From Eubacteriales bacterium (GTDB lineage Bacteria > Bacillota > Clostridia > Oscillospirales > SIG627): 41,328 nucleotides of DNA. Shown here piece after piece: positions 20,526 to 29,787 of the stretch (positions within the stretch are counted from its first letter, which is position 1; each line of letters opens with the position of its first letter). The notes under the pieces are model-generated. The model was not told the origin of the DNA and ran no database searches. It worked only from the letters and a program-made list of their open reading frames with translations. A program made the position numbers and the translations under genes. The stretch spans positions 1 through 41,328 of the forward strand of contig JAZNRO010000129.1 in assembly GCA_045590715.1 (NCBI GenBank), in the 5' to 3' direction.

Positions 20526-20553
20526 ATTATATCCATTTTTTCGATTTTGTCAA
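20526..20553 (-). promoter_or_regulatory. sigmaA promoter of the cadC-cadA-GNAT operon
   Basis: TTGACA-N16-TATAAT on minus strand. Confidence 0.8.
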
Positions 20554-20554
20554 G

Positions 20555-20582
20555 AAAAAAGGTAAGACTTTCGTCTTACCTT
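20555..20582 (-). terminator. Terminator after dacF
   Basis: AAGGTAAGAC-tttc-GTCTTACCTT with a T-tract on the minus strand. Confidence 0.75.
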
Positions 20583-21751
20583 ATTGTTCCCGTAAATATC
20601 AGTTTCCATAATCTTCCCATCAGATCTTTATAGCCCAAAGTGGGAATTTCTTCTTCTGCCAGAATAGGGATCTCAAAAAGTGTTTTTCCGTCCTTTTCAT
20701 AAAGCACCCGTCCAATCGTCTGTCCTTTTTCTACGGGGGCGCCTACTTCACCCGGTATTTCCAGCTTTGCACTGATTCCTACCGAATCGGCTTTATTCAG
20801 CAAAATGCCGTCGCTGCCGCCGGTGCAGGTAAGGGTATCTTTCACACCGCCCCATACCTTTACCTTCTGAAGATCCATCTTTTCCGGGCAGTAATAGGCG
20901 TAGTTTGCAAAGCCAAAGTCCAGCATGGCTTTGGCATCGGAGAAGCGCAGGGCACTGGTCTCGCCGCCCAGCACCACCGCACACAGCTTTAATCCCTGAC
21001 GTTCGGCAGAGGCGGAAACGCAGTATTTGGCTTTTCCCGTAGAGCCGGTCTTCAGTCCCGTTGCGCCGGGATAAAAGCGAACCAGCTTATTGGTGTTGGA
21101 AAGGCCGAAAGCGCCGCCGCGGATACTGTCGATCCAGGTGGTGGTATAAGGGTAGATGGCGTCATAAGAAAGCAGGGCCTTGGACATAATTGCTACGTCT
21201 CTGGCCGTGGAAAGATTGGTATCCCCGTCATCCAGACCGGTAGGATTATAAAAGATGCTGTTATGCATTCCAAGCTGTGCGGCCTTTTCATTCATTGCCA
21301 CCACGAAGCTCTCGACGCTGCCGCTGATCATTTCAGCCAGGGCTACGGCGCCGTCGTTGGCACTGGAAATAAAGACCGCCTTTAATACCTCGTGAAGGCT
21401 GATCTCTTCTCCCGGCTCTAAAAATACCTGGCTACCGCCCATAGAAGCGGCGTTTTCACTGATAGGTACGTTTTCTTCCATTTTAATGGTGCCCTTTTCA
21501 ATGGCTTCCATGGTAAGAAGCAGAGTCATTACTTTGGTAACGCTGGCGATGGGGAGCTTTTCATCCGGGTTATGGGAATAGAGCACTTGCCCTGTTGTTT
21601 GCTCAATGAGTACGGCACTTTTACAATGCAGACCGAGTTCTGCATTTGTATTCTCTTCTACTTTTGAGATACTTTCCGCACGGGCTATGGGAGAAAAAAG
21701 AAGAGAAAAACATAAGAGAAAAAGCGAAAAACGGATGAATTTTTTCTTCAT
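20576..21751 (-). CDS. dacF: D-alanyl-D-alanine carboxypeptidase (peptidase S11, DacF-like)
   Basis: Signal peptide; SVTK, SAN and KTG penicillin-binding motifs; MGGSQVFLEPGE; C-terminal PBP5-like domain; start MKKKFIR. Confidence 0.88.
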   Translation of the reverse strand: MKKKFIRFSLFLLCFSLLFSPIARAESISKVEENTNAELGLHCKSAVLIEQTTGQVLYSHNPDEKLPIASVTKVMTLLLTMEAIEKGTIKMEENVPISENAASMGGSQVFLEPGEEISLHEVLKAVFISSANDGAVALAEMISGSVESFVVAMNEKAAQLGMHNSIFYNPTGLDDGDTNLSTARDVAIMSKALLSYDAIYPYTTTWIDSIRGGAFGLSNTNKLVRFYPGATGLKTGSTGKAKYCVSASAERQGLKLCAVVLGGETSALRFSDAKAMLDFGFANYAYYCPEKMDLQKVKVWGGVKDTLTCTGGSDGILLNKADSVGISAKLEIPGEVGAPVEKGQTIGRVLYEKDGKTLFEIPILAEEEIPTLGYKDLMGRLWKLIFTGTIR

Positions 21752-21859
21752 AATAAACCTCTTTTCCGAATGAATATTCATTAAAAATGATAAATTCAAA
21801 GTATATTTGGTATAATATATGCATAAAAATGAAAAAAATGCCTAATTTTTCAAAATTGC

Positions 21860-21888
21860 TTGACGAAACACTTTTCGGGGTGTATCAT
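21860..21888 (+). promoter_or_regulatory. sigmaA promoter of the amino acid ABC operon
   Basis: TTGACG-N17-TATCAT. Confidence 0.6.
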
Positions 21889-21934
21889 AATAGCACGCTA
21901 AAAGAAAAAAACAATTTCAAAGGAGATATTTATC

Positions 21935-22735
21935 ATGAAAAAAATGCTTGCATTACTGCTTGCTATGCTGATGCTGGTAAGCACCGCACTGATCTTTACT
22001 TCTTGCGGAGAAAAGGCTGATACCCTGGATATGGCTACCAACGCCGCTTTCCCTCCCTATGAATTCAAAGACGGTGAAACCTACAAGGGTATTGACGTTG
22101 AGATCGCAGGCCTCATTGCTGAAAAGCTTGGCATGGAACTGAAGATCCACGACATTGAATTCGGTTCTATCATCGCTGGTATCTCTACCCAGAAATATGA
22201 TATGGGTATGGCCGGTATGACCGTTACCGACGAACGCAAAGAAGAAGTAAACTTCTCTGATACCTACGCTACCGGCGTACAGGTAGTTATCGTAAAAGAA
22301 GATTCCGAATACGCATCTTTTGAAGATTTCTACACCGGTATGGACGATGAAGGAAATCCCGCCGGCGTGAAAGAAGGCATCAAGATCGGTGTTCAGCAGG
22401 ATACCACCGGTGACATCTACGCTTCCGACGATCCCGAAAACTGGGGCTTTGGCGAAGATAACGTGATCCGCTACAAGACCGGCGCTGACGCAGTTCAGGC
22501 TCTCATCAGTGGCAAGGTTACCGCCGTTATCATTGATAACGAACCCGCAAAGAGTTTCGTAAAAGACAACAAGGGTCTGAAGATCATGGATCTGGAATAC
22601 GCTGTGGAAGATTACGCTATCGCAATTAACAAGGGCAATACCGAGCTTCTCGACAAGATCAACAAGGCGCTTTCTGAACTGAAAGAAGAAGGCAAGATCG
22701 ACGAGATCATCGAAAAGTATATCCCTACCAAATAA
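21935..22735 (+). CDS. Polar amino acid ABC transporter substrate-binding lipoprotein
   Basis: Lipobox FTSC; TNAAFPPYEF, GIDVEIA, AGMTVTDERK, FSDTY. Confidence 0.95.
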   Translation: MKKMLALLLAMLMLVSTALIFTSCGEKADTLDMATNAAFPPYEFKDGETYKGIDVEIAGLIAEKLGMELKIHDIEFGSIIAGISTQKYDMGMAGMTVTDERKEEVNFSDTYATGVQVVIVKEDSEYASFEDFYTGMDDEGNPAGVKEGIKIGVQQDTTGDIYASDDPENWGFGEDNVIRYKTGADAVQALISGKVTAVIIDNEPAKSFVKDNKGLKIMDLEYAVEDYAIAINKGNTELLDKINKALSELKEEGKIDEIIEKYIPTK

Positions 22736-22751
22736 GATAAAATAAAATAAG

Positions 22752-22788
22752 AAGAAACGGGTAACCCATTTCGGGTTATCCGTTTCTT
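22752..22788 (+). other. Intra-operon hairpin (mRNA stabiliser or partial terminator)
   Basis: AAGAAACGGGTAACCC / GGGTTATCCGTTTCTT, no long U-tract. Confidence 0.6.
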
Positions 22789-22827
22789 GCGGTATATTTT
22801 GGGGTTTTCCCCTTGAAAGGAATTTGT

Positions 22828-23655
22828 ATGTTTTATTCTCCCGCCATCGCTTCCGTAGGCAATTTTTTTGCTTCTATCGGATCTTGGTGGCAAAATCAAG
22901 TAGCGCAGTATGACGTGGATACTGCTTCCTGGCTTCAGGAATTTGTTTATCAGTTTGACCGGAATTTTATCCGGGAAGATCGCTGGAAGTCCCTTCTGGA
23001 AGGTCTTTTAAATACCCTTTATATCACTTTCTTTGCCGTTTTATTGGGCATTGCCGTAGGCGTGGTAATTGCACTCGTCCGTTCTACGTATGATAAGAAT
23101 TACGAAGAAATGAAGCAGAAGGGTGGCATCGGAAGATGGATCCTTGCTTTCTTTAATTTTATTTGTAATGTTTACTTAACGGTCATTCGCGGAACTCCCG
23201 TAGTGGTTCAGCTTTTGATCATGTACTTTATTGTTTTCGTTTCCTCTACCAACGGTATTATGGTTGCCATTATTGCCTTTGGTGTGAACTCCGGCGCCTA
23301 CGTTGCGGAGATCTTCCGCGGCGGTATTATGTCGGTGGATCACGGTCAGTTTGAAGCCGGCCGTTCTTTGGGGCTCAATTACATTCAGACTATGATCTAT
23401 ATTGTGATCCCCCAGATGTTCAAGATCGTTCTTCCTACGCTTTGTAATGAATTCATCGTACTGCTGAAGGAAACTGCCGTTGCCGGTTACGTTGGCATTG
23501 AAGATCTGACCAAGGCAGGCGACCTGATCCGCGGCCGTACCTTCTCCGCATTTATGCCTCTCATTGCAGTGGCAATCATTTATCTTGCCATCGTAATGAT
23601 CTTTACCAAACTGGTAGGAAAACTGGAAAGGAGGCTTCGTAAGAGTGAAAGATAA
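22828..23655 (+). CDS. Polar amino acid ABC transporter permease
   Basis: [30 protein letters not shown]; ATG 22828 after GAAAGGA. Confidence 0.95.
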   Translation: MFYSPAIASVGNFFASIGSWWQNQVAQYDVDTASWLQEFVYQFDRNFIREDRWKSLLEGLLNTLYITFFAVLLGIAVGVVIALVRSTYDKNYEEMKQKGGIGRWILAFFNFICNVYLTVIRGTPVVVQLLIMYFIVFVSSTNGIMVAIIAFGVNSGAYVAEIFRGGIMSVDHGQFEAGRSLGLNYIQTMIYIVIPQMFKIVLPTLCNEFIVLLKETAVAGYVGIEDLTKAGDLIRGRTFSAFMPLIAVAIIYLAIVMIFTKLVGKLERRLRKSER

Positions 23656-24382
23656 CGTTTTAATTAAGGTGGAAGGCCTTTGCAAGAGCTTCGGTGACCT
23701 GAAGGTTCTTACCGGAATTGATACTGAGATCCATAAGGGCGAAGTAGTGGTTATCATCGGTGCCTCCGGCTCCGGTAAGTCTACTTTTCTCCGCACGTTG
23801 AATTTGCTTGAAAGACCCACCTCCGGTAAGATTTATCTGGACGGAGTGGATATTACCGATCCGAAGACGGATATCAATAAGCACCGTCAGAAGATGGGTA
23901 TGGTATTCCAGCAGTTTAACCTTTTCCCCCATATGACCATATTAGATAATATGACCCTGGGCCCCATCAAGCTTCTGAAAAAGTCTAAAAAAGAAGCAGA
24001 AGAAAAGGCCATGGAATTGCTTCGCAGAGTAGGTCTGGACGACAGAGCCGCTTCTTATCCCAGTCAGCTTTCCGGCGGACAGAAGCAGAGAGTTGCCATC
24101 GTACGTGCCCTTGCCATGGAGCCGGAAGTAATGCTCTTTGACGAGCCCACCAGTGCCCTTGACCCGGAAATGGTAGGCGAGGTACTGGGTGTTATGAAGG
24201 ACTTGGCTGAAAGCGGTATGACCATGGCTGTGGTTACTCACGAAATGGGCTTTGCCCGCGAGGTGGGAACCCGCATTATGTTCATTCACGACGGCGTCAT
24301 CGCAGAAGAAGCGGCGCCGGAAGAATTCTTCGCAAATCCCAAGCATCCAAGACTCAAGGATTTTCTTTCCAAAGTTTTATAA
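23645..24382 (+). CDS. Polar amino acid ABC transporter ATP-binding protein (GlnQ family)
   Basis: [33 protein letters not shown]. Confidence 0.97.
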   Translation: MKDNVLIKVEGLCKSFGDLKVLTGIDTEIHKGEVVVIIGASGSGKSTFLRTLNLLERPTSGKIYLDGVDITDPKTDINKHRQKMGMVFQQFNLFPHMTILDNMTLGPIKLLKKSKKEAEEKAMELLRRVGLDDRAASYPSQLSGGQKQRVAIVRALAMEPEVMLFDEPTSALDPEMVGEVLGVMKDLAESGMTMAVVTHEMGFAREVGTRIMFIHDGVIAEEAAPEEFFANPKHPRLKDFLSKVL

Positions 24383-24384
24383 GC

Positions 24385-24421
24385 AAAAAAGAAAGACCTC
24401 TTCGAAAGAGGAGGTCTTTTC
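24385..24421. terminator. Bidirectional terminator
   Basis: AAAGACCTCTTC...GAGGAGGTCTTT between convergent genes. Confidence 0.75.
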
Positions 24422-24431
24422 GTTTGCTATT

Positions 24432-24947
24432 TTACGGATTGGGGAAGGAAGGCGCCTGAGGTGCCGCGGGAATGTTAGGAAGCTGGGGCAACTGAGGCAG
24501 AGAGGGGTTCTGTACATTGGGAACAGAGATGGTAGGAACTCTGCTGGTCCAATCAAATCCGCCTACACCGTCAACAACACCGAAGGGAGGCTTTGTGGTA
24601 GAAGTCTCGGGAGTCTGTGCCTTGGTAGTAGTGGTAGCTGCCTTGGTTGTGGTGGTAGCGGCTTTGGTTGTGGTAGTGGTAGTAGCCTTGGTGGTATATT
24701 CCGGATAATAAACAGGGGTGAGACTCTTTTTGGTAGTGGTAGCAGCCGCACCGCCGTTGGTAGTGGTGGTAGTGCCGCCGTCCTTCTTGGTAGTAGTAAC
24801 AGGCTTATTGTTTTCTTCTTTATTTTCTGCCGTTTTGGTTTCTTCCATAGTTTCGGTTTCGGTCAAAGGCGTATCTTTGGCGCAGGAAACAAAAACCAGG
24901 GAGATGATCATCAGAACTAAAACCAGCGGTAAAAGGAATCTCTTCAT
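24432..24947 (-). CDS. Thr/Pro-rich low-complexity putative lipoprotein
   Basis: MKRFLLP...FVSC lipobox; poly-Thr tracts; Pro-rich tail; RBS AGAGAGG. Confidence 0.8.
   Translation of the reverse strand: MKRFLLPLVLVLMIISLVFVSCAKDTPLTETETMEETKTAENKEENNKPVTTTKKDGGTTTTTNGGAAATTTKKSLTPVYYPEYTTKATTTTTTKAATTTTKAATTTTKAQTPETSTTKPPFGVVDGVGGFDWTSRVPTISVPNVQNPSLPQLPQLPNIPAAPQAPSFPNP
24619..24696 (-). repeat. Imperfect 21-nt coding tandem repeat ((A)TTTTTKA units)
   Basis: TTKATTTTTTKAATTTTKAATTTTKA in the lipoprotein. Confidence 0.7.
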
Positions 24948-24983
24948 TTGTTTGAGCCTCTCTATCAGTTATTTTTAGGATTT

Positions 24984-25412
24984 TTAGAATTTAATGATGG
25001 GGGTTTCGATTGATCCCTTCTTTGTTGTTGCAGTAGGTTTGGAAGAAGGGGTCGTTTTCGGTGCGGCAGTGGTACTAGTTACACCGGAAGAACTGCTGGG
25101 GGGATTGGTATCGCCTTTTTTGGTAGTGGTGGTAGGTTTGTCGCTACCTTTTTTTGTCGTTGTGGTGGGTTTTCCGTCGTCCTTCTTTGTGCTGGAGGTT
25201 TTCGGCCCATCGTTCTCGTCGCCGTTTCCTCCGGAAACACCGTCTTCTGTATCAAAGGGAAGAATGACGGTACCGCCCATATTCAAATTACCGATTTCTT
25301 CGGTCTCGGTAGTGTTTTCTTTTGTTTTGGGATCCTCGTTTTTTGCAATGGAACAAGCGCAAAGGGACAGGATCAAAAGCAGTACCAAAAAAGGAATCAA
25401 AAGTCTTTTCAT
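24984..25412 (-). CDS. Thr/Ser/Lys-rich low-complexity putative lipoprotein
   Basis: MKRLLIP...LCAC lipobox; KPTTTTKKG repeats; RBS AAAGGAG. Confidence 0.8.
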   Translation of the reverse strand: MKRLLIPFLVLLLILSLCACSIAKNEDPKTKENTTETEEIGNLNMGGTVILPFDTEDGVSGGNGDENDGPKTSSTKKDDGKPTTTTKKGSDKPTTTTKKGDTNPPSSSSGVTSTTAAPKTTPSSKPTATTKKGSIETPIIKF

Positions 25413-25460
25413 AAGGACTCCTTTCTGCTATAAAAATATATCTGATACTAAGCTAGTTTC

Positions 25461-25489
25461 ATTATACAATAGTTTTTTTCAAAATGCAA
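25461..25489 (-). promoter_or_regulatory. sigmaA promoter of the lipoprotein pair
   Basis: TTGCAT-N17-TATAAT. Confidence 0.7.
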
Positions 25490-25539
25490 TAGAATTTGCA
25501 AGAAAGAAAACACTTTTTATTGGAAATTTGCCTAAAAAT

Positions 25540-25616
25540 TATAAAAGGGACCCGAAGAGTATTCGGATCCCTTTTATAGTAAAAAAAGCAAGAAGCTTTT
25601 GCTTCTTGCTTTTTTG
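25540..25616 (-). terminator. Tandem hairpins/terminators after rplL
   Basis: AAAAGCAAGAAGC-tttt-GCTTCTTGCTTTT and TATAAAAGGGACCCGAA...TTCGGATCCCTTTTATA. Confidence 0.75.
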
Positions 25617-25624
25617 TATGTTTC

Positions 25625-26002
25625 TTACTTCAGTTCTGCGGTAGCGCCAGCTTCAGCAAGCTTCTTCTGAATTTCTTCAGCGTCGGACTTGGAAACAGCT
25701 TCCTTGATCTTGGAAGGAACGTTTTCAACCATGTCTTTAGCGTCTTTCAGACCCAGACCGGTGATTTCGCGAACAACCTTGATTACGTCGAGCTTCTTAT
25801 CGCCGAAGCTGGTCATAACAACGTCATATTCGCTCTTTTCAGCTTCAGCAGCACCTGCAGCGGGAGCAGCAACGCCAGCAACAGCAACGGGAGCAGCGGA
25901 TACGCCGAACTCTTCTTCCAAAGCGGAAACGAGATCTTTCATTTCAAGAATGGTAAGGGTTTTGATTTCTTCAAGAATCTGGGTGGTCTTTTCAGTAGCC
26001 AT
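25625..26002 (-). CDS. rplL: 50S ribosomal protein L7/L12
   Basis: [10 protein letters not shown]...[17 protein letters not shown]. Confidence 0.99.
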   Translation of the reverse strand: MATEKTTQILEEIKTLTILEMKDLVSALEEEFGVSAAPVAVAGVAAPAAGAAEAEKSEYDVVMTSFGDKKLDVIKVVREITGLGLKDAKDMVENVPSKIKEAVSKSDAEEIQKKLAEAGATAELK

Positions 26003-26061
26003 TTTAATTTACCTCCGAATAAAATTTAAATTTGTTTTGAATAAGTTTGGATCAGGCAGGA

Positions 26062-26577
26062 TTAAGCTTCGGTAGCTTCGCCGCCTTCTTCCTTGTCGAT
26101 CTTCGCCTGAAGAACGTAAGCGAGTCCGTAAAGGGGACCCATCATGCTGCCCATGATCTTGCAGAGCATTTCTTCCTTGGAAGGAGTGCTAGCCAGTTCA
26201 TTTACAGCAGCTGCGTCGATCACACCGCCATCAATAAAGCCTGCTTTGATCTGGAAGGTTTCGATCTTGTCGGCATACTCTTTCAGAATCTTTGCGGGAG
26301 CGATGGGATCTTCAGCGGAAATAGCCAGAGCGTTCATACCGTCCAGATGAACTTTCATTTCGCCATAGCCACAAGCTTCGCAAGCTCTACCGGTCATGGA
26401 GTTCTTGTAAACCTTGTAGTCTACGCCTGCTTCGCGAAGTGCTTTGCGGAGCTGAGTATCCTGTTCAACGGTGATACCGTTGTAGGTAACCAGGACACCT
26501 GCGATGGCGTTCTGAATCTTTTCAGTCAGTTCGGCACACTCTGCCTTCTTCTTTTCAAGAATCTTTGCGCTGGGCAT
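26062..26577 (-). CDS. rplJ: 50S ribosomal protein L10
   Basis: Start MPSAKIL after GGAGG; YNGITV...LRKALRE...VYKN. Confidence 0.98.
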   Translation of the reverse strand: MPSAKILEKKKAECAELTEKIQNAIAGVLVTYNGITVEQDTQLRKALREAGVDYKVYKNSMTGRACEACGYGEMKVHLDGMNALAISAEDPIAPAKILKEYADKIETFQIKAGFIDGGVIDAAAVNELASTPSKEEMLCKIMGSMMGPLYGLAYVLQAKIDKEEGGEATEA

Positions 26578-26606
26578 CTTTCTACCTCCGTTTGAGATTT
26601 TTGACA

Positions 26607-26720
26607 ACAAAAAGGGCATTCCTTCTGCCGAAGAAATGCCCTTTTAAAATATCAAAAGTGACTTCTCCTCGACAGGCGCTAAGGCTTTCAGAAGGTTTCC
26701 CTTCACCTGTTGTCTTAGGA
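26607..26720 (-). ncRNA. L10 leader (L10/L12 autoregulatory RNA with attenuator hairpin)
   Basis: TAAGACAACAGGTG...CCTGTCGAGG motif followed by AAAAGGGCATT...AATGCCCTTTTT terminator upstream of rplJ. Confidence 0.85.
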
Positions 26721-26728
26721 ACTTTGCT

Positions 26729-26757
26729 ATTTTAACACCAAGCGGTGTTTTTGTCAA
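26729..26757 (-). promoter_or_regulatory. sigmaA promoter of rplJL
   Basis: TTGACA-N17-TAAAAT with TG extended -10. Confidence 0.8.
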
Positions 26758-26765
26758 GTGTTTTT

Positions 26766-27458
26766 TTAGCCGAGTTTGGCAGCGTTCACTTTAACGCCGG
26801 GGCCCATGGTGGAAGCTACAACACAGCTCTTAATGTACTGACCTTTTGCTGCAGCGGGCTTTGCTTTGATAATCGCGTTCATGAGAGCGTCGAAGTTCTC
26901 GATGAGTTTTTCTTTACCGAAGGAAGCCTTACCGATGGGGCAGTGGATGATGTTGGTTTTGTCAAGACGGTATTCGATCTTACCGGCCTTGGCATCCAGT
27001 ACAGCCTTGCCAACGTTGGGGGTTACAGTACCGGCTTTGGGGTTGGGCATCAGACCCTTGGGGCCCAGAACCTTACCCAGACGACCGATAACACCCATCA
27101 TGTCGGGGGTTGCGATAACAACGTCAAATTCAAACCAGTTTTCATTCTGGATTCTGGCAACCAGATCTTCAGCGCCTACGTAATCGGAACCGGCTTCTTC
27201 AGCGGCCTTTGCGTTGTCGCCTTTTGCGAAAACCAGGGTGCGAACTTTCTTACCGGTACCGTTGGGGAGAACTACTGCACCGCGAACCTGCTGGTCAGCG
27301 TGACGGGAGTCTACACCCAGACGAACGTGAAGTTCGATGGTTTCGTCAAATTTTGCTTTTGCGGTTGCAAGCACGTTTTCAAAAGCTACATCGGTGTCGA
27401 AGAGCTGATGAGTGTCGAATGCTGCAACGCTTTCCTGATACTTCTTACCTTTTTTCAT
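26766..27458 (-). CDS. rplA: 50S ribosomal protein L1
   Basis: KFDETIE...DQQVRG...[16 protein letters not shown]...STMGPG. Confidence 0.99.
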   Translation of the reverse strand: MKKGKKYQESVAAFDTHQLFDTDVAFENVLATAKAKFDETIELHVRLGVDSRHADQQVRGAVVLPNGTGKKVRTLVFAKGDNAKAAEEAGSDYVGAEDLVARIQNENWFEFDVVIATPDMMGVIGRLGKVLGPKGLMPNPKAGTVTPNVGKAVLDAKAGKIEYRLDKTNIIHCPIGKASFGKEKLIENFDALMNAIIKAKPAAAKGQYIKSCVVASTMGPGVKVNAAKLG

Positions 27459-27473
27459 GTTACGGCTCCTTTC

Positions 27474-27899
27474 TTACTCTTCCACAGTTACGCCCATGCT
27501 GCGCGCGGTACCTGCGATCATGCTCATAGCAGTCTCGATGGAAGCGGCGTTCAGGTCGGGCATCTTCTGGGTTGCGATGGCACGGAGCTGTTCCTGGGTA
27601 AGTTTTGCAACTTTGGTCTTGTTGGGAACAGCAGAGCCGGACTCGATTCCAACAGCCTTCTTAACCAGAACTGCTGCGGGAGGAGTTTTGGTGATGAAAG
27701 AGAAGGTTCTGTCAGAGTAAACGGTGATAACAACGGGGATAATCAGACCCACGTCGTTCTTGGTACGCTCATTGAACTCTTTGCAGAAGTTCGGGATCGC
27801 GATACCGTGCTGACCCAGTGCAGGACCTACGGGGGGTCCGGGCATTGCCTTTGCAGCGGGGAGCTGGAGCTTAACATAAGCTACGATTTTTTTTGCCAT
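27474..27899 (-). CDS. rplK: 50S ribosomal protein L11
   Basis: [11 protein letters not shown]...KTPPAA...IAGTARSMG. Confidence 0.99.
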   Translation of the reverse strand: MAKKIVAYVKLQLPAAKAMPGPPVGPALGQHGIAIPNFCKEFNERTKNDVGLIIPVVITVYSDRTFSFITKTPPAAVLVKKAVGIESGSAVPNKTKVAKLTQEQLRAIATQKMPDLNAASIETAMSMIAGTARSMGVTVEE

Positions 27900-27914
27900 A
27901 ATGGTACTCCTTTC

Positions 27915-27952
27915 GTGGTGTATCGGGAACCGAAGTTTTGATTCCCTCCCAC
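27915..27952 (-). ncRNA. Putative L1-binding leader upstream of rplK
   Basis: GTGGGAGGGAA...TTCCCGATACACCAC next to the rplK RBS; resembles the GGGAG..ACCAC L1 operator. Confidence 0.7.
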
Positions 27953-28011
27953 AACCGTCCGTTTTCGGACAGTTATTTAAGCCCTCTCGGGCGTTAAATC
28001 AAAATAAATTT

Positions 28012-28542
28012 TTAGAATAACTGAATCCAAGCGGAATCCAGTTCGATCTTGGTGCTTCTGCCGTGAAGATCGGCGGAAACCTTGACCTTCTTCAGGTCCT
28101 GGGAAACTTCTTCCACGATGGCGGAAGTGATATGGGCTGCCAAAGGGCCACCCACTACGCGAACCTTGTCGCCTGCCTTGAAGGGAAGGGCTTCGGTTGC
28201 GCTTTCTACGCCCAGCGCGGCAACTTCTTCATCGGAAAGAACAACGGGCATGGACCCGGGTCCTACAAAGCCGGTAACACCGGTGGTGTTGCGGACAATG
28301 TGCCAGCTTTCATCGTTCATGATCATTTTAACCAGAACGTAGCTGGGGAAGATCTTGCGCTCGGCTACACCGTCGCCGCCTTCGGACTCCGGAATTTTTT
28401 CCATGGGAATCTTGATGGCCTGGATCAGATCGCTAACCTTGCGGTTTTCCACGATCTTCTCAAGGTTTACGGCAACTTTGTTTTCATAACCGGAATAGGT
28501 ATGTACCACATACCAATGGGGAGTGAGATTATCTTCGAGCAT
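28012..28542 (-). CDS. nusG: Transcription factor NusG
   Basis: WYVVHTYSGYENKV, FPSYVLV, VRNTTGVTGFVG; start MLEDN after AAGGAG; secE-nusG-rplK synteny. Confidence 0.96.
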   Translation of the reverse strand: MLEDNLTPHWYVVHTYSGYENKVAVNLEKIVENRKVSDLIQAIKIPMEKIPESEGGDGVAERKIFPSYVLVKMIMNDESWHIVRNTTGVTGFVGPGSMPVVLSDEEVAALGVESATEALPFKAGDKVRVVGGPLAAHITSAIVEEVSQDLKKVKVSADLHGRSTKIELDSAWIQLF

Positions 28543-28556
28543 GCGTTTCTCCTTCC

Positions 28557-28829
28557 TTAGCCAATCTGACCGAGGAGCAGAATCAGCTTGGTGAAGAGAA
28601 GGTCCAAAAGACCGATGATCACACCGCAAACTGCCAAAGCAGCTACAACAATACCGGTATCGCGAATGACGTGCTTTCTGGGGTACCAGACAACCTTCTT
28701 CATTTCGCTGCGATATTCTTTAAAGAAAGCGCCGATCTTTTTGAAAAGGCCGGGTTTCTTGGTCTTCTTGGTTTTCTTTTCTGCCTTCTTTTCAGGAGCT
28801 TCCTGGCCGTTTTTGATTTCTTCTGCCAT
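28557..28829 (-). CDS. secE: Preprotein translocase subunit SecE
   Basis: EMKKVVW.P motif plus a single TM; start MAEEIK. Confidence 0.95.
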   Translation of the reverse strand: MAEEIKNGQEAPEKKAEKKTKKTKKPGLFKKIGAFFKEYRSEMKKVVWYPRKHVIRDTGIVVAALAVCGVIIGLLDLLFTKLILLLGQIG

Positions 28830-28859
28830 TTCCTTTTCTCCTAACAAAAATAAACTTAA

Positions 28860-29009
28860 TTACTTGGTTTCTTTGTGCTTGGTGTGCTTGCGACAGAACG
28901 GGCAGTACTTGTTCATTTCAAGTCTGTCGGGATCGTTCTTCTTATTTTTCATCGTATCGTAATTTCTCTGTTTGCATTCGCTGCAAGCAAGGGTGATTCT
29001 TTCTCTCAT
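28860..29009 (-). CDS. rpmG: 50S ribosomal protein L33 (zinc type)
   Basis: [17 protein letters not shown]...[16 protein letters not shown], 49 aa. Confidence 0.99.
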   Translation of the reverse strand: MRERITLACSECKQRNYDTMKNKKNDPDRLEMNKYCPFCRKHTKHKETK

Positions 29010-29098
29010 GGTATCCTCCGAATCTTTTGCGCCTTGGCGCTTTGTTCTCCCTCTTGCGGAAAGTCTTTCCATAAAAAAAGACCCCGAGAGGTTTAACT

Positions 29099-29127
29099 AT
29101 TATAGCAAAGGCAAATTTTTTTGTCAA
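29099..29127 (-). promoter_or_regulatory. sigmaA promoter of rpmG-secE-nusG
   Basis: TTGACA-N17-TATAAT with TG extended -10. Confidence 0.85.
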
Positions 29128-29209
29128 TACCAAAAAAGAAAAAAATCCGTATTTTTTGAAAGAGGCTGAAAAAGGGCGGATACTTTGTGCATAAAAATCA
29201 AAAAAGCCC

Positions 29210-29238
29210 TTGTATGGTAGGTGTTTTTTTGGTATACT
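29210..29238 (+). promoter_or_regulatory. sigmaA promoter of rimM
   Basis: TTGTAT-N17-TATACT with TG extended -10. Confidence 0.6.
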
Positions 29239-29280
29239 TATAATAATATGGAAGAAATTTATTTTTTTGCGAGGTAATCG

Positions 29281-29787
29281 GTGAAACAACTTTTCTTGGA
29301 AGCCGGCAAGGTGCGTAATACCCACGCCCTGAAAGGCGAAGTAAAAATGGAGTGCTATCTGGATACGGATCGCCCCCTTTCCAAAATCCGTCATCTGTAT
29401 CTTTCCCCCAAAGGAGAGAAAGAGCTTACCATTCTTTCCGTTCGTCGCCAGGCGGACGTGCTTCTTGTCCTCTTTGAGGGCTTTGATACGGTGGAGAAGG
29501 CTTCTCTTTTAAAAGGAAAGACTCTTTACGCCGCTCGTGAAGAACTGGACCCGGGTGGAAAAAAGATTTATTTTGCCGATCTGATCGGTCTTCCCCTTGT
29601 GGAAGAGGGAACTGGCTTGGAATACGGTAAAATTAAAGACGTTGGCAGCCGGGGCGGCGGGGAACTGTTTACGGTTCTTTTGCCCGACGGCAGAGAAATG
29701 TATTTCCCCGTTGTAAAAGAATGGATCGTGCAGATGGATCCGGAAAAAGGTGTTTTTGTAAACGCGCCGGAAGGGATCTTTGACTGA
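29281..29787 (+). CDS. rimM: Ribosome maturation factor RimM
   Basis: [28 protein letters not shown]; GTG start; upstream of trmD. Confidence 0.93.
   Translation: MKQLFLEAGKVRNTHALKGEVKMECYLDTDRPLSKIRHLYLSPKGEKELTILSVRRQADVLLVLFEGFDTVEKASLLKGKTLYAAREELDPGGKKIYFADLIGLPLVEEGTGLEYGKIKDVGSRGGGELFTVLLPDGREMYFPVVKEWIVQMDPEKGVFVNAPEGIFD

Noticed and set aside
24252-25644. Plus-strand Val/Gly-rich ORFs (24252-24920, 24994-25644)
   Set aside because: Antisense of the Thr-rich lipoprotein genes, which have the promoter, RBS and lipobox.
26607-27952. Structured leaders of rplJ and rplK as novel RNAs
   Set aside because: They match the known L10 leader and L1-operator types; listed as features.
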